Assembly (NCBI GenBank): GCA_028534125.1
Contig: CM052817.1
Coordinates: 100,566,001 to 100,630,000 of the forward strand
DNA: 64,000 nucleotides
Source of the DNA: Lama glama
Taxonomy: Eukaryota
Direction: 5' to 3'
Shown in pieces: positions 24,546 through 39,100 of this stretch; positions within the stretch are counted from its first letter, which is position 1; the number at the start of each line of letters is the position of its first letter. The notes under the pieces are model-generated. The model did no database searches, was not told where the DNA came from, and saw nothing but the letters and a program-made list of their open reading frames with translations. A program made the position numbers and the translations under genes.

Positions 24546-27544
24546 AAACAACTTCTGTAGATATGTCTTTTTATTACTTTTCATGTTTTCAAAAATGTAT
24601 ATAAAATTGAAGACTATTCATAAAGTAATTCTCACTTGCTGAAATTAGAGATAACAGAGAAAATGCGTAACTGTATTTGAAATCTTCAACTCTTTGATGT
24701 AGAAATTACTCTTCCATTTCCCTCATCACTTGTCACCTCATACTAATTCTCAAACTTAGCACCTGTCCCAGAAGATTCCTAAACTTGGAAAAGGGAGAGC
24801 ATAGTAGGTAATACTTAATTATTCTGTACCATGTGCCAAGCACTAGTCTAAAGTCTTTCTATGTAGTGACTCAAATCTGTAAGAATGAAGGGGTATCTAC
24901 CATACCATCTCTCTATTTCTTTGCTCTTCCACTTTCTATGTTGCGATTTTATCTTTCCATTTGATAATTTACTCTTTTCAAGAAAGAGAGAGATTGGGCT
25001 CAGATCTCTATAGATACTGTTAACTTATCTGCCAGCCTTACTTTAGCAAATGTCTACAATGGTGAAAGATATGGTCACCCTTAGTTACTGGAGGTGAAAT
25101 GATTTTATCCATGATAAACTTTTAAAAACGGCTTCTCTGTGAGCATAAAGGAATTCAGAAGATAATCGTGGAATCTCAAGGTTGGAAAAAGCCTTGAAAG
25201 TTTAGCACAGCCTCAGCTACAACCCTCAGGTACACTCACTGGCCTGTAGCCATCTGGGATCTGTTTAATATAAAATACAAATGTTATTCTCAACTCTGTG
25301 GCTTTCTTACTGATTTTGATAATTATGTTCAATTATAAATAATTGACTAGCATGTACATGCAGTTCAGATCCAAACTTACTACACTTTTTAAAACATAAC
25401 ATTTCTTCTGAAGTATCTTAAAAATTTTCCAGAAGAATTCAAAATGAGAAGGGATAACTTAAATCAATCTTTAAAAATGCTAGTTCTGAATCAAAATCTG
25501 GGAACTTAAGAACTTATTTCACTTATTTAAGAACATTTATTAAGTACCTATTCCATACTGCTGTTAGCTAGTAAGAAACATAAATCATACCTGGCTCTTC
25601 CTCTAGAAAATGCACATCATAGTGATTTTTAATCAGTTCTTTACTTATTTAGAGTAGCCTATCTGCTTTCTAAGTATTCAAGTGTTTGAGTAGTTGTCAA
25701 ATGAGTAGGGAAAACCCCAGTAATCATGCCCCCACCACATTTAAAAAGGAGGATTCTAAATGTTCATCCTAGAAACATCAATTTACATTTTAAAGCAATT
25801 ACTGTATATATAATTTAACAAACTGCATTCTTTGCTTTGAAAGTATCAAGAATCGTATGACTAGCATAACGCTTACACGATCCCCTACCTTTTTGAGGAG
25901 ATTCCAAAAGACTGAAGATTCAGTGAATAAAATCTGAGTACAAAGAAATATTGCTGGAAATAGTCATGAATAGGGTTTGACATAATTTTGCCTGTCATGG
26001 AAACATTTTCAAAATAATTATTAATTTGAAAAGGCATTTGATCTATAGTAGTTTTTTATTTGCAATGAACTGCAAAATTGATGGTTAGGAGCACTTTGAT
26101 ATCTTGGCAAAACTATCACAATAGAAATATTTTTGTAAGTTTATTTTATTAAAAAGTTCTTTAATATTCAGCTCATAACTTAAAAAATATTTACCTAAAA
26201 ATACTTAAGGCCTCCAAATGTATACAAATTAACTTTGAAAGTTTGTCACACTTGATACATAACTCTAAAAAGTTCCTTCTACGGGATGGACATCATGAGT
26301 TTCCTACCAGTTGCATGAAAGTATAGTATATAATGATGACCTGATGACTATTAAACAAATTTGCATACAACTTAATTAAGAACTGTTCTATACACACAGC
26401 TGGTCTGATGAAAACCACTGCATAGTGATCTGAAAACAGTTCAAAACACTAGATCTTAAATTGCTTTTTTGAGTCAATGCATGTTCAAACTTCTACAACA
26501 TGAAAAAAAATTCTGGGAGGAATAGCTTGAATCTACCAAAAAACATAAAATTAAGGCTGCCAAAAAGATGTTGAACTTGAGAATATTTTTATAATTGTAG
26601 TATTTTGTTAGCTCTTGGGATAAACACACACACACAAACACCCTTCTTCATTTTAAGCCTTTCCTTTAAAGTTATTTTATCAAGAGACAAAATAGCATAT
26701 TAAGAACTTAGAATATTTTTCAAGAGATGTTAAATGAAGACATATTAATCACGATCACAGTGTAAATAGCAAAGAGTAAAACTAAACACGAGTTTCTAAG
26801 ATATCTTTACTCAACTAGCTTTTATTAAACAATTATAATAAACAGATTTTGCTAGGACAAAGTAATTTACTCCCTACCAATTCATTTATTTTCAAAGACT
26901 TTAACTTTGTGAAATTCACTGTATTTGCTTACATACAGGTAGCATAGGAAAAGGAAATTACTGTGAGAAAAATTCATGGTGAGCCTCTAACCCCTAATTT
27001 CATTATAATATCATCAGTCTCACCCAACAGAATCCTGAGTCATATAATGGTTTTCTATTTTCTAAACAATGAAACAAGAAGGGGGAGAAACTAAACATTT
27101 AATTCAAACATTTTATTTGTATAGATCTAGACCTATCACATCCTAGAAATACTTAGCCAGGTTAACCTGAAAGCCAGACTCTAAGCAAAAAGGGTGCAAA
27201 ATTGAGCAAGACATAGTCTCTCTCCTGGAAGAACACCCCCAATTCAGAGGGAAGGATAGACAAGTCAATAAAAAAACTGACAAATCAATAAAACTGATAA
27301 ATAAAATTGCCCAAGTTATATGACAATGCATGGACCTAGAAAGAGAAAGAGAGAATTGTTTTCACACATGACAATATTTTAAACTGAAAGAATAAAGGAA
27401 AAATAAACACTAGATTTTAATCTGCTTTGAGTGCTCCTTCAGTGCCTACTGCCAAAGATACTGTAAACTATTCAAGTTTGAATTAGCAATTCTTTTTTTT
27501 TTTAAGATGTTCTCTTAAGAAAATGAAGTATACAGGGAAGAGAA

Positions 27545-27740
27545 CTCACTATATGCCAGGCGCCCTTCTAGATGCTTTACATATATTAACTCATTGAAAC
27601 TGTATAATGCTATGCAGTAGGTACTATTATTTTCCCATTTTACAGGCAAGAAACAGGCAGTGAGTTTAAGTAACTTTCCCAAGGTCACAAAACTATTCGG
27701 TAGGTAGGTGGGATTTGAACACAAGCAGATCTTGGTCTCC
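27545..27740 (-). mobile_element. MIR SINE
   Basis: GTAGGTACTATTATTTTCCCATTTTACAG...AAGTAACTTTCCCAAGGTCACA...GGATTTGAAC. Confidence 0.85.
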
Positions 27741-28796
27741 AGTTTATAGAAAATGAAACAGGGTTTTCACATACATAGTAAGAAGTATGGGTAGTTAAGA
27801 AATCTCTAAGATGCTTCATGAGCTAATTCAGTATGTCAATGTGTGATGTGTGGATGAAATTCATGTTAGACTCACAATAGACACAGGGAAGGAAAAGACA
27901 AACTAGGCAGCTAACAGCGTACTCTGATCCACTTTACTTCCGGGAATTTACTACGAGCAGCTCGAAAGCGAGTTAACACACTACTGCCAACGGGTCCTCG
28001 ATGAAGAACAGCTCCCGCCCTCTCTGACACTGTACAGATGCTAGGCAGCCGTCAGCAGGCACAGTGGAAGGAAGACTGACGAAAGCGGGTCTACAGCAAC
28101 ACTTGGATTTAGGTTCCTTTTCCCAAATCCCCTAAGAACGCCTATCTTCTACCCTTATTTCTTCATGTTCCGTTTTATTTCTCTAAAAAGTGAAATAATG
28201 AAAAAGAGCTGAGAGCAGAATACACCAAAGTATCTCCACTGGAAGGTCCTTTCAAAGAGGCTACTAGGTCTTTCAACATTACTAAAATGATCTGAATGTT
28301 GCAGAAAACTGGCAAAAGTTACGAACACTTCCTGAAGACACTACTTCGTGTTATCTTTATTGGTTACTCTAACCCAAATGCACTTAACCGGGAACTATGA
28401 CTTCTACTTGATTTTGAATTTTTTAGTTTCTTAGACAGCCTAAACTGTACTAACCAAATAATATGTATGTGTGTATGTGTATACACACACTGAGGGCTTT
28501 TCCATCTGAGTACATAAAGAACATGCTCTTTGATATGCGGTGACCATGTTGGCCCTGTTTCTTAATTTCATCACATATGATCTTTTTCTAAGAGCCAACC
28601 CATCTTGAGTATATGTCAACTTGATCCATGTGTGGTTATCACCTCCTGGCAGTAAACATCATTGTTGATACTTGCATATCTCTAGGCTTCTATCCTACAC
28701 TTTATTGTTTCAGGTACCTCTAATTATCTTTATTTTACCTAGGATATATAATTATAACAAATTTAGATTTATATGGTTATTTTAATCTCCCACAGA

Positions 28797-29835
28797 CACT
28801 CATTCATTCAACATTTACTTGATTGCCTATTATACATAAGCTAAATTAAGTATGGTCTCAGCTTCATGATTAGAGTTTACAGTGTAGTAGGGGAGAAACA
28901 TAATGAAACATTAAAACAGAGCAAAACTGAAACCATGGTAAATGCTACAGTGTCATAAAAATGCATAATGTTAAGTTTTGACCCAGTTTTGGGGTTCAGA
29001 GAAGGCTTCTCTTCTCTGAAGGACTAAGCTGTGTTGCGGTGGGGGAGGGGCACCACGAGGGCTGCAGGCATAGAATAAAGGTATTATGACAGGTGCAAGA
29101 TGAGGCTAGAGAAGTAGACATGGGTCAGATTACACAAGACCTCAACAAAGGATTTTGGTCTTTACCATAAGAGTAATGAAAAGTAAAGTTAGTCAAGGGA
29201 GGGACATAATCCAGACATACCTTTTGAAATACCATTCAGAATGTAAAGTTAAAAACAAAACAGGGGGGAGGGAGGATATAGCTCAGTGGTGGAGTGTGTG
29301 CCTAGCATACATGAGGTCCTGGGTTTCATCCTCAGTACCTCCATCAAATAAACAAATAAACAAATAAGAATAAACTTAATTGCCCCCCCCCAAAAATGGG
29401 GAAGAAAGTGAGAGTGGATGTGGACAGACCATGGAGGAAGATTTTCCATTAGACCATGCAAGAGGTAATGTTGGTGTGGACTAGCTAAGCGCATTAGAGA
29501 TGGACAGAAGTGATATTTAGGACATAAAACTCATAGGATTTGGTGACAGATTGGTCATGGGAAGTAAGGCAGAGGGAGTTATTAATGATAATACCAAGGT
29601 TTCTTACTTATGCAACTGGATGGAAAATAACAGAGCAGACTGAACAAGGGTCAGTGTTTGTTTTGTTTTCTAGGGTAGGAAGGACCACAAGTTTAGTCTT
29701 ACTTGGTTTGAGGTGTCTCTGAGACATCCAGGTGAGGATATCATGCTCCACCTGGCTCTGGAGCTCAGAAAAAAGGTCTAGATCAAAGATAAAAACATGG
29801 GAATTATCTGTGTATAGGTCATCTACAATTTCCTT
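28797..29835 (-). mobile_element. LINE-2 fragment interrupted by a SINE
   Basis: Begins CATTCATTCAACATTTACTTGATTGCCTA; L2 motifs such as GAGACATCCAGGTGAGGATATC. Confidence 0.75.
29266..29396 (+). mobile_element. tRNA-derived SINE, camelid vic-1-like, nested in an L2
   Basis: GATATAGCTCAGTGGTGGAG (A box) ... GGTTTCATCC (B-box-like) ... CAGTACCTCC, then an A-rich linker, a C-run and an A tail. Confidence 0.8.
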
Positions 29836-32800
29836 CACAGAGCCACCTCCTCCCCACTCTAAAGCTGTTAACCACAGTGCTTGACAAACCCAACACCTTG
29901 TCACAGTGTGGGCACATTAAGTCCTTGTCTATCCTCCCTGTTAGACTGTAAGTTCCATAAGAGCAGTGACCACATCTATTTTGATTCTTGTTGTACCTCA
30001 GCTCCTCACCAGTTCCTGCACATATCAGGGTATCAATAAAAAATACTTACATGAGCTAATTAACGATGTGAGATATACTCTAATTTACAATGACAGAACT
30101 ACAGAAATCTTAAGTGAAAAGTACTCATTTTCAGCATAATTTAAAAACTCACAATTTTCACAAGGAAAGATGATTAAGATCACCTTTCCTTAATTCTGTG
30201 AACAATACATTTTATATATTTGTTATTTATTTAGTATTTTATTATACATATTACTATCTATAATATTTTATATGTTTTCCCCCTTAGGGAAAAGTAATAA
30301 AATGTTCTAGATATTTAATGGTTACACAATTCAAGTATAAATTACATTGGAAGAAAATATACACTTTGATATGCAATGAAAATACAATTATCTTTGTTAT
30401 TAAAAGCCAATCTGGTTTAGGACTTCTTGTATCTTAAAAAAAGCCCAACAGAATATAAACTTTTACTATTAAAGAGAACTCACAATTTTAACAACTTAAT
30501 GTACACCATTTCCTACAGATCTCACTTATCAACTGTTTTATTGGTTCATAGGTCTTAACCTAATAGATAGCATTTTTTGTCTCTGTTTTACTGACAGGAA
30601 ATATATAGCATGAAAGTTTTTGAGAGTTACCAAGATCATTATAACTAATATTAGCTTTAAAATTTTGGCAATATATCTTTTAATCTCTGTGAACAGAATA
30701 ACAGGGTGAGTTCCATTTCCATTAAAATTAAACTGAAAACTAGGTATTTTACATATAATTGCCTAGCTTTATTTTGCTTTATCTGCTTTTTATCACCAGC
30801 TCCCACTGAGATAGATTAAGAAACACTACACTTAATGAAAAGGGTCAAAAGGACTAGGTCCCACTGAAATATCTTTAAAAAAAATATTGATAGTTATTTA
30901 AATTACTACTTTATTCATTTTGGTTTTCTGAGTAATAAATTTAACAACAGATACATGTAGGGGCATATCATTCAATTCTAACTCTGAATGCAGTTGGAAC
31001 ATATCTCATCTTAATCTTCAATGTAGTCAACACTATACTATGGATTTCCAAATCCTCTTTGGTTTTCATCTCCTAATAAATATTCTTATATATATATATC
31101 AAAACTGAAGAATGTTATTACATTGCTCAAAGCATGTATACATGTTCAAAGCATGTATACAAAACACTTTTGTATATAAACATACTCTGAGAATGTTAAG
31201 TAAATGTATTTGAAGACTACAAAATACAGTGCAAGATGATGAGAAACACTAGCCAACAGTTATTCATGCTTTTTAAATGAAAAAGAAACAAAGTATACTA
31301 AAATAAAAAGCTGATAAAAAATTTTTGGAAGAGGCTGTGGTTGGCCATTTATTACTTTTTTGCATTAGAGTTAATTAATATTCTAAAAAGGTCTACAAAA
31401 AGCTGAACAACCTCTCAAGCTCTGAATTCATGGCACTGACCTTAGACTTTCTCGGAATGATTTTTAATGCACTCTGTTATTAGTAAAACCTGTTCAAACA
31501 CATGCCCCATCTGCCAGCACCCCATCTGCAAAAGAGCTTCTTATTCTTGTAGACAGTACAACTTCTGCTTGCTTCCTTCCCTTCTCTACATACCAGCTGT
31601 ATGGTAATGAGTATGAGCAGCTGAAAATCCTGCATGATAACAAAGCTAATATGAAAACGGCAGAACAACACTTCCCCTCAGTGAAGCAGTTGCCGCAGGA
31701 ACACAGCAGATAAGCTATTAAACACGGGTGTGGTGGTGATGAGAATTTTATTTGTGTATATTTGGGGGTGTGCGGGCTTGTGCCTGTGTTCGCACGTGTG
31801 TGTTAAACAAGGGGTTTCCACGTAAGTAAAAAATAAAAAACAAGAGCAGCACAGGGTACCAAAGATCTAAATTTCTAAGCACTGTTGTTAAGACTTGAGA
31901 ATCAGATTCTTTAAATGTTCTAAGCCTCAGTTCTTATATAGTAATAATATATCAGGTGCCATTTTGATGAGCTGGTTTTCAAAGATATTAACAAGTTTGT
32001 TCTATTTCATAATTAACTTATTTTGGGAACTTCAGGGGCAAAAAATGAAGTCAGAACTTAAAAAGCATAATGGAAAACTATTTGCTAGATATTTTAGCTG
32101 TTAACATAATATGTGAATCAATAAACTATGTTTTTAATTCTTGCACAGCAATTTAATTTTTTAAATTTATTGGTATTTGAGGCCAACACATTTATTCTGA
32201 ACAGAGAATCTCCAAACAAAATACTAAGATGGCAATGTTATCTCCTTAATTTAGGAAGATATATTGGGGTTAATTTATATACATGTGATAGTCATACTAA
32301 ATGAATCTATATAATGCAAGTAGATCCAAATCACATTAATTTTTTATGTACAGTATATTTCCATTTAGAGATTAACACTCACTCAGGAAATTGTTTAAGA
32401 AAAATGACTACTCAAAATCGGTCTTATGCACTTCTCTCACAATCTGAAGAGACTAAAAATGAAAAAATACTCAAAATACTAACTGAAAGTGAAAGAAACA
32501 AATACTATTATATGAGGAGAATTACCTTTAATTTTTACCAACACATCTAAGTAAGTCTTATGTGGACTTCATGACAGTTATTAAGTCCTTATTACATAAC
32601 CATGCTTTCTATACCTTGTCTCATTTTACCCTTAAAACAACCCTATGAAGTAGGTACTATATTATCTCCATCTTAACAGAGGCGGCTTGGTAAGCGGTGG
32701 GGCTGAAAACTTAACCCCAGGTCTAAATGACTGTATCATCTCTGCTCCTAAGCTGTCTGCTGTTCTGCTAGAAACTCCACAAGGGCAAGGATTTGGGCCT

Positions 32801-35800
32801 GTTTCATCCTCTGTCATACTCCAAACGCCTGAAGTCATCCTTGGCTCCTAAGAGTTGTTGAACAGACTGAATGAATAGATAGAATGCACAGAAGAGATAA
32901 CTACTCAGTTGTTTTCTGTTAAGTGAAAAAAAAAAAAAGCTACTATAAATTTTTTGATAACCCTAATCATTTTGACACTGAAAAATTATTTACTAGTTAA
33001 AGAATCTTAAGCTTGTTTAGGAATCTAAGTTTTATTTACTTGTCAGGTTGAAAAATTAAGACTTAATTTAAAAAATTCTCATGATTAAACACTCATTTTG
33101 AAAGGCTGGTACAGAATGAGTAAGAGGAAAATTGCACTAATGTTAGCATTTCCGTGAATCCACTTGTCCTCGTTTTTATTGTCTAACTATAAAAATGCAT
33201 TTTCCCTGTTAACTTGCTTAACATATTCCTTGACTTCAAATATAAATCAAGGCTATGTGCTTCTTTAATATAATAGCTTTTGTATAATATATATAAGAAC
33301 CTGAATTGAAAGAATAGTTCCAACTTAACAAAACAGTACCTATCATCCTTTAAAAAGTAAGACATAAAGTTGCATTTCCTTAAAGTACAAACTTTTAAGA
33401 ACACTTACAGATTTATAAAACCCACAAATTCAGACAAGATTTAAAAAAACAGTACTATACTGCCCCTACATGTTCAAACTAGTAGTAACAATGACATTTT
33501 AAAATCTAAAGTGATATGGTAGAGATTTTTGTGGATTAGCGAAAAGCTGTTTAAGCTTAAATTATTCCCAAGTGAACTATATGAAATCACCCACACAGAA
33601 AAATGTAATTAAATATAGGAATAACTGACAAGTTTCCATTTTCATTTTCAATATTAGCAAGGAGAAGAAATTTAACAGAAATTCATCCAAGATCATCATA
33701 TTTTTTTCTCTCAAAACAGATTTTCCCAACATTACATGAAGATATCATAAAATAATCATAAACAAATGGCTAACCAGCTATGTGCTTCAGGGTCAATATT
33801 AATACATTAATGTTTGAGAAAAACTAACTGCTGACTGTTCCCCCAGATCTAAAAAAAATTTCAATACAGCTCTTAAATATACACACAAACACATAGACAC
33901 TACCAAAATCATAAGAGAAACTTTTATTAATCTCATATCAGATTTACTTAAAAAAAAACTACTGTAATTATTTTACCTTCTACACATTGTAGGAATAAAG
34001 CAATATATTATGTATAAGTAAAGAAATGAGTTGCACATAGGTACTTGTAAAATCAATAGGAAATAAGAGTGTCGGCTTTACCACAAATGGTAGTCCTTGC
34101 TGGTATTATTTCTATAGTAAAATTTACATCACAATTAAAAAATCCTAAATTTTATCTATCATTATTTGTATCTACCATTATTATATCTACCATTATTTAA
34201 CTGATTTATATGTGAGACACACATTAATTTATGCAACTTTCCACAGCAAGTTAGGGGTCAACAAGAACTCTAATTTTGACCCCGGTACAACCCAGAAAAA
34301 AATCACTATATCCTATCACCTGATAGGATATTAAAGACTACTGTTTTCTGGCAAGAACATGAAAAATGAAATAATATGGAATCATATCTAATCTTTCAGA
34401 GCCTCAAAATATTCTACACTGGATACTACCTAATAGAATTTGAAAATTCATAGATTATACATTTCAATTAAGTAATCAACATAATCCTACCAAGTCAGGT
34501 AGAGTGTGTCTGCATATGCATGCATGTGTATGGAGGTAACCTTAGATACATATGAAGAAACTATAACACAAATTATCACCAGTTGATTTAGAAATGGAAA
34601 GTGTACAACTGAATAAAGGAGTCCGGTGACACACGGTGTAACTGCAGCAGATCAAACATGAGATCCACGTTGAAATGGAATTCTCAGGGTCATTAAAATG
34701 TTAAATTGTAAAAAAGGTAAGCTTTTTTCCGCTTTGTTCAATGATGTACCTCAAGTGCTTGGAACTGTGTCTGGCAACTAGTAGCTGCTCATTTGTTGAA
34801 TGGAGTAATTAATCCATGTTCCTCTGATTGTGATATGTGATGATGGGACAGAGACAATGAAACAAATCTCACAAAGACCAAAAAGGATCGGTGGCCTCCT
34901 TAAGGGAAGGGCTCTCTGCCTTATTCATCTTTGTTATACTAGCATCACACACAGGGAGTTATGTATATGCCTAAACATATTAGCAGAACTAAAATTAATT
35001 TAGCAGTGTTAATATTCCATGGATATACTGAGGAAAATAAAAAAGCGGTTAGGGCTCTCATCCTACATTTTAAAGTATATAGTCTGCTAGCATGAGTTGC
35101 ATTTAATCACTGAAGAAAAATAATATATAAGCTCTAAACTATCATTGTATTATATGGAGCTGCCTGTAACCAGGTTAATAAAATTTAGGTATTCATTTAT
35201 ATAATGTATGTTTTAAAGCATTTAAATATGAATGTACTCAGAGACTTAAGATTACTTCGACATTTCAAAGTGTATTCTATTTTTCATATATGGATGACAG
35301 CTGTAAAACTCAAGGTCTGTGCAGTCAGGTCCACAATTTTGGAGAAATCCCAACTTTAAAACTTTTTGGAGTTTAGAAGGGCAATGTGGTATATGTAACA
35401 GTATACGACAGAACACTTCGAGTACATTACAACAAACATTTCTGCAACAAAATTTATGAATGTTCAGATAAACAATAAAAGCGACTGTCATGTTAGTTAG
35501 GGTTAGGTTTGGCTAATTTGTTGAAATATTTTTTTAGTCTTCAGGGCTTACTGGATTTCTGGTCTGCAGACAAGGAACCATGGATTTATTGCCTACTTGT
35601 TTACTCTGCCAGGAGCTTCGTAACAAGTTTATTTTTAGCATATTTTTTCATCTGTCTCCCATACTGCAAGTCTTAATTAATGTTGAGTTAGTTTCTATAA
35701 AACACAACTTACAAATTTAAATAGCCTTGCTCTGTGATGTTCAAATTACTAAACTATTTTGTTCAGATTGTTATCTATCCACAAAACGGATAACAATTCG

Positions 35801-36094
35801 TGGCAGTTATTTCTACGATGTCGTTGTAGATTTATAGATCATGTTATAATTTGCTTTGCATTAATATCTGACAACTGAGGCACACTTCATGACAAAAACA
35901 CCTAGAAAGCAACGTTATCAGCAATTAGACATTGAGGTCATCATAAATTGTGAAAACAAAGTATGAACTATGTATCTAAAACTCCAGGATTACATTGCCA
36001 AAGTTAACCCTTGAAACATTTGGAAGCTAAGGATCCATTCACTCACAAATCCTTCCACAGGTCAGCACACCACAGTGCTGATGCTGGTGCCAGA

Positions 36095-36275
36095 AGCCCA
36101 AGTTAGAATCTTAGCTCCGGCACTTACTATCTCTAGGGCAAGTTAGCCTTCCTATATCTCTGATTCCTCATCTGTAAAATTGGGATACTACAATACAGTC
36201 TACTTCATGAGGCTATTTTAAGGATTAAATGAGTTCATATATGGGAAGTACTTAGAACAGTGTCTCCCATGCACC
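36095..36275 (+). mobile_element. MIR SINE
   Basis: CACTTACTA...GGGCAAGTT...CCTCATCTGTAAAAT...GGATTAAATGAG. Confidence 0.8.
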
Positions 36276-38764
36276 CCAACTTAGATTCCATCATACTATT
36301 ATCTTATTTTATCATCATCAAAACATTCGCATTAACAGTTACTTTTCTGTTTCCCTAAATTAGAATCCAAGCTCCATGAGGGCATGATCTTTATCCACCT
36401 ACTTCACTGTTATATCTACAGGTTCTAGAAAACTTGTCCCAACTCTGTTCTAAGTTCTTAATATATATATTTTGGCTGATATTACTATTAATAAATTTCA
36501 TATCCAGCTATAAATGAATAATTTGCAGCAGTATAATTAATGTGAAAAAAAACAAGATGTGGATCCAAGCAATAATACAAGTTCCTTCTATCCATAACTT
36601 CTTTATCTTCTCCGCAAGCATCCTTCATGTTTTAATTTAAAGTTACTGTGAAGCCTTCATGAGCTACTTGCATTGAGACTTGGGTGATCCTCTTATGCTC
36701 CCACAGTACTCTGTATATGGGTCCACTTAAACAATTATCTTTTTTACTATAAAGGTTTATTTATGGTTTTACCACTAACTATAAGATTCTTAAAGGACTT
36801 TCATTTTTCATTTCTGCATATCCACAGGTGGAGGGGAAGAATCATCGCCTTTTTGTTTACAGCCACTGCCTTGCACAGTACAGAAATTCCACAAGAAAAT
36901 TTATGATTCATACTTTGTTTACTCATGTTTATGCATGATGCATGAAGCTTTCTTAAGAAGAAACTGATAGGATCTAAAATAGAATGACCTAATTTGTGGT
37001 AACTAATTAATACTGATAAAATAAGTAGTGGCAATACATCTATTGATCTGAAAATGCCATTTTTTTTCCTCAAGTTCCAATGGAATGTATGTGTGGAAAG
37101 ACGGTTTAGAAAGCCACATTTTAGAGTACTCACTTAGAAAAATTCAGGTACCCTATTAAAATCTCTCTCCAAACTTGATGCTCATAGCATCACCCTGTTC
37201 TTCCTTCTCTCCAAAGTACTATAATAATTTTCATTTCAGCATCTTCTGACTTTTTTGGCTACAGTAGACTCTAAAAAGTGCTCTCTAAATGACTGTACCC
37301 TGTTTGTTTCTCCTTCATTTTCAAAACTGCTAAGTAGTAATTACTTTTAAAATTAAGTGTCAAACTATATCTGAGTTTAGTTATATTTAGAAAATGAAAT
37401 ATTCAAAATCACAGCTGCACATTCATTTAAAAACATTTAGTAAACAAAAACATGCCATATTCTAATAGTACAAAAACTCCTGAAAGAATTTTCCACGCTT
37501 AACAAAAACTTCAACGGATTGGTCAAATATTTATACTTTCTCTTGCCTGTCACTGGGAATATAAAAAGATATTAAAGACAATTTCTGAAGTCTAAGAGTT
37601 TATAGCTTAATTGAGGAGACAAGACAACTACATGAAGCTGTCAAATAACACCACTGAGCGCTACGTATATGTCTAAGGCCCAAAGGTAATGGCAAAAATT
37701 ACAGTATGTTCCACTACTGGATGAGGACAGTAGTAGATACAGTCGGTGCCAGGAGGAAGGTTCCAACCAGAGAGATAAGCTAGACTGTGAGGTCATGGAA
37801 AGGATTTGGAGAAAGAGGCACAAATATAACTGGCAGATAACGAACACGCTGGTAAGGGGGAGGGGAACACGATGCTGACTTTTTAAAGGTTTCATATTTC
37901 TGTATGTTAAGGAAATATCCATCTATTTCCTCCTGGCTAAGTGTTCCATAAAACAAATGCTGGGTTTCATGAAATGCTCTTTCAGGCATCAAGACATTTT
38001 AGAAAAGCAGTCTTGCTACAATTACCTTAAATGAGACTTAATCACGTCTAGACTAAAATGTAAAATTAAAAATAAAAGGTAAACCTGGATTGGGGCTAAA
38101 GGCAAAGCTATGTCAGAAATGTAAGACTAAGTCGTAGTGCTTTAAGAAATGTGCAAGTGTTTCTGGCAGCTAATTTTGCTAACGTGAAAAGTACTCCTGT
38201 AGTAGAGATTATTAATAGCAATATACTTTGGGAGAGGCTGTCATTTAAACTGTACAAATATCATACTAAAACTCAGAAATGTAAAAGTATATACTAAAAT
38301 GACAAAAACTGAGATAACCATAATATGCAGTAAAAATTGCTCAATCAATGATAAATTATAAAACTATACTCATGGATCATTTATTTAGATAAAAACATAG
38401 ACAATAGTTTTGAAACTACGGGAAGACAAGAAAATTGTAGTTGAAAGTAGTACAGGTGACAGATCTATGGCAAATATTATTTTTCAGAAAGAATAAAAAA
38501 GGATCACCATGAGCAACAAATAATTTCTGGACCTATTTATATATTTTTCTAATGAAGTTTTAAGTATAAACATATACCATTATTTTCTCAAAGTGAAAAA
38601 AATTCCTTCAAGAGAAAATCTAGAATAATAAACATAGAAATATAATCACATAGTATCAACCAAGTAAAATCCATAGAACTTTGCCATGGTAGGAATAAAT
38701 CTGCTTAGAATAAGATTTCTTTCTCTTAAAACATTAGAAGTCCCTCGTGCTGGTTTTCATTTGG

Positions 38765-39100
38765 TATAATCTTCCTGGAAAATAATTTAGCAGCATTTCT
38801 CAAGAATCTAAAAAAAAAATGCATACTTCCTGACCCAATAAAATTCTATTTCTAGAAAGATATGTACAGAGATGTTAAAGATTCATGTATAAAAAAGTTC
38901 AAAGCAGGTCACTGGCCAAATCAACGAGAGGAAAACGATGATACGTTCATTTGGCAGATTATACACTTTTGAGTAACTACAGCCATGGCACACCACAGAC
39001 AATGTACTAAAAATGAATTAAAGTAACAATTTTGTTAAAAAAATCATTCACTTAAAAATTTTACTGTGGTTATTTCTGAGCAGTGGAACTACTGATAGTT
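38765..39100 (+). mobile_element. Old LINE-1 (L1ME-like) remnant
   Basis: CTGGAAAATAATTTAGCAGCAT...ATGCATACTTCCTGACCCA...TTCTATTTCTAG resembles a decayed ORF2 3' end. Confidence 0.5.

Noticed and set aside
29266..29345. tRNA gene (also 47505-47578)
   Set aside because: Degenerate cloverleaf with SINE-type linker and tail; these are SINE heads.
31127..31161. Short duplications (TCAAAGCATGTATACA twice; also the TATCTACCATTATT-like triple near 34153-34198)
   Set aside because: Ordinary slippage-type micro-duplications with no further structure.
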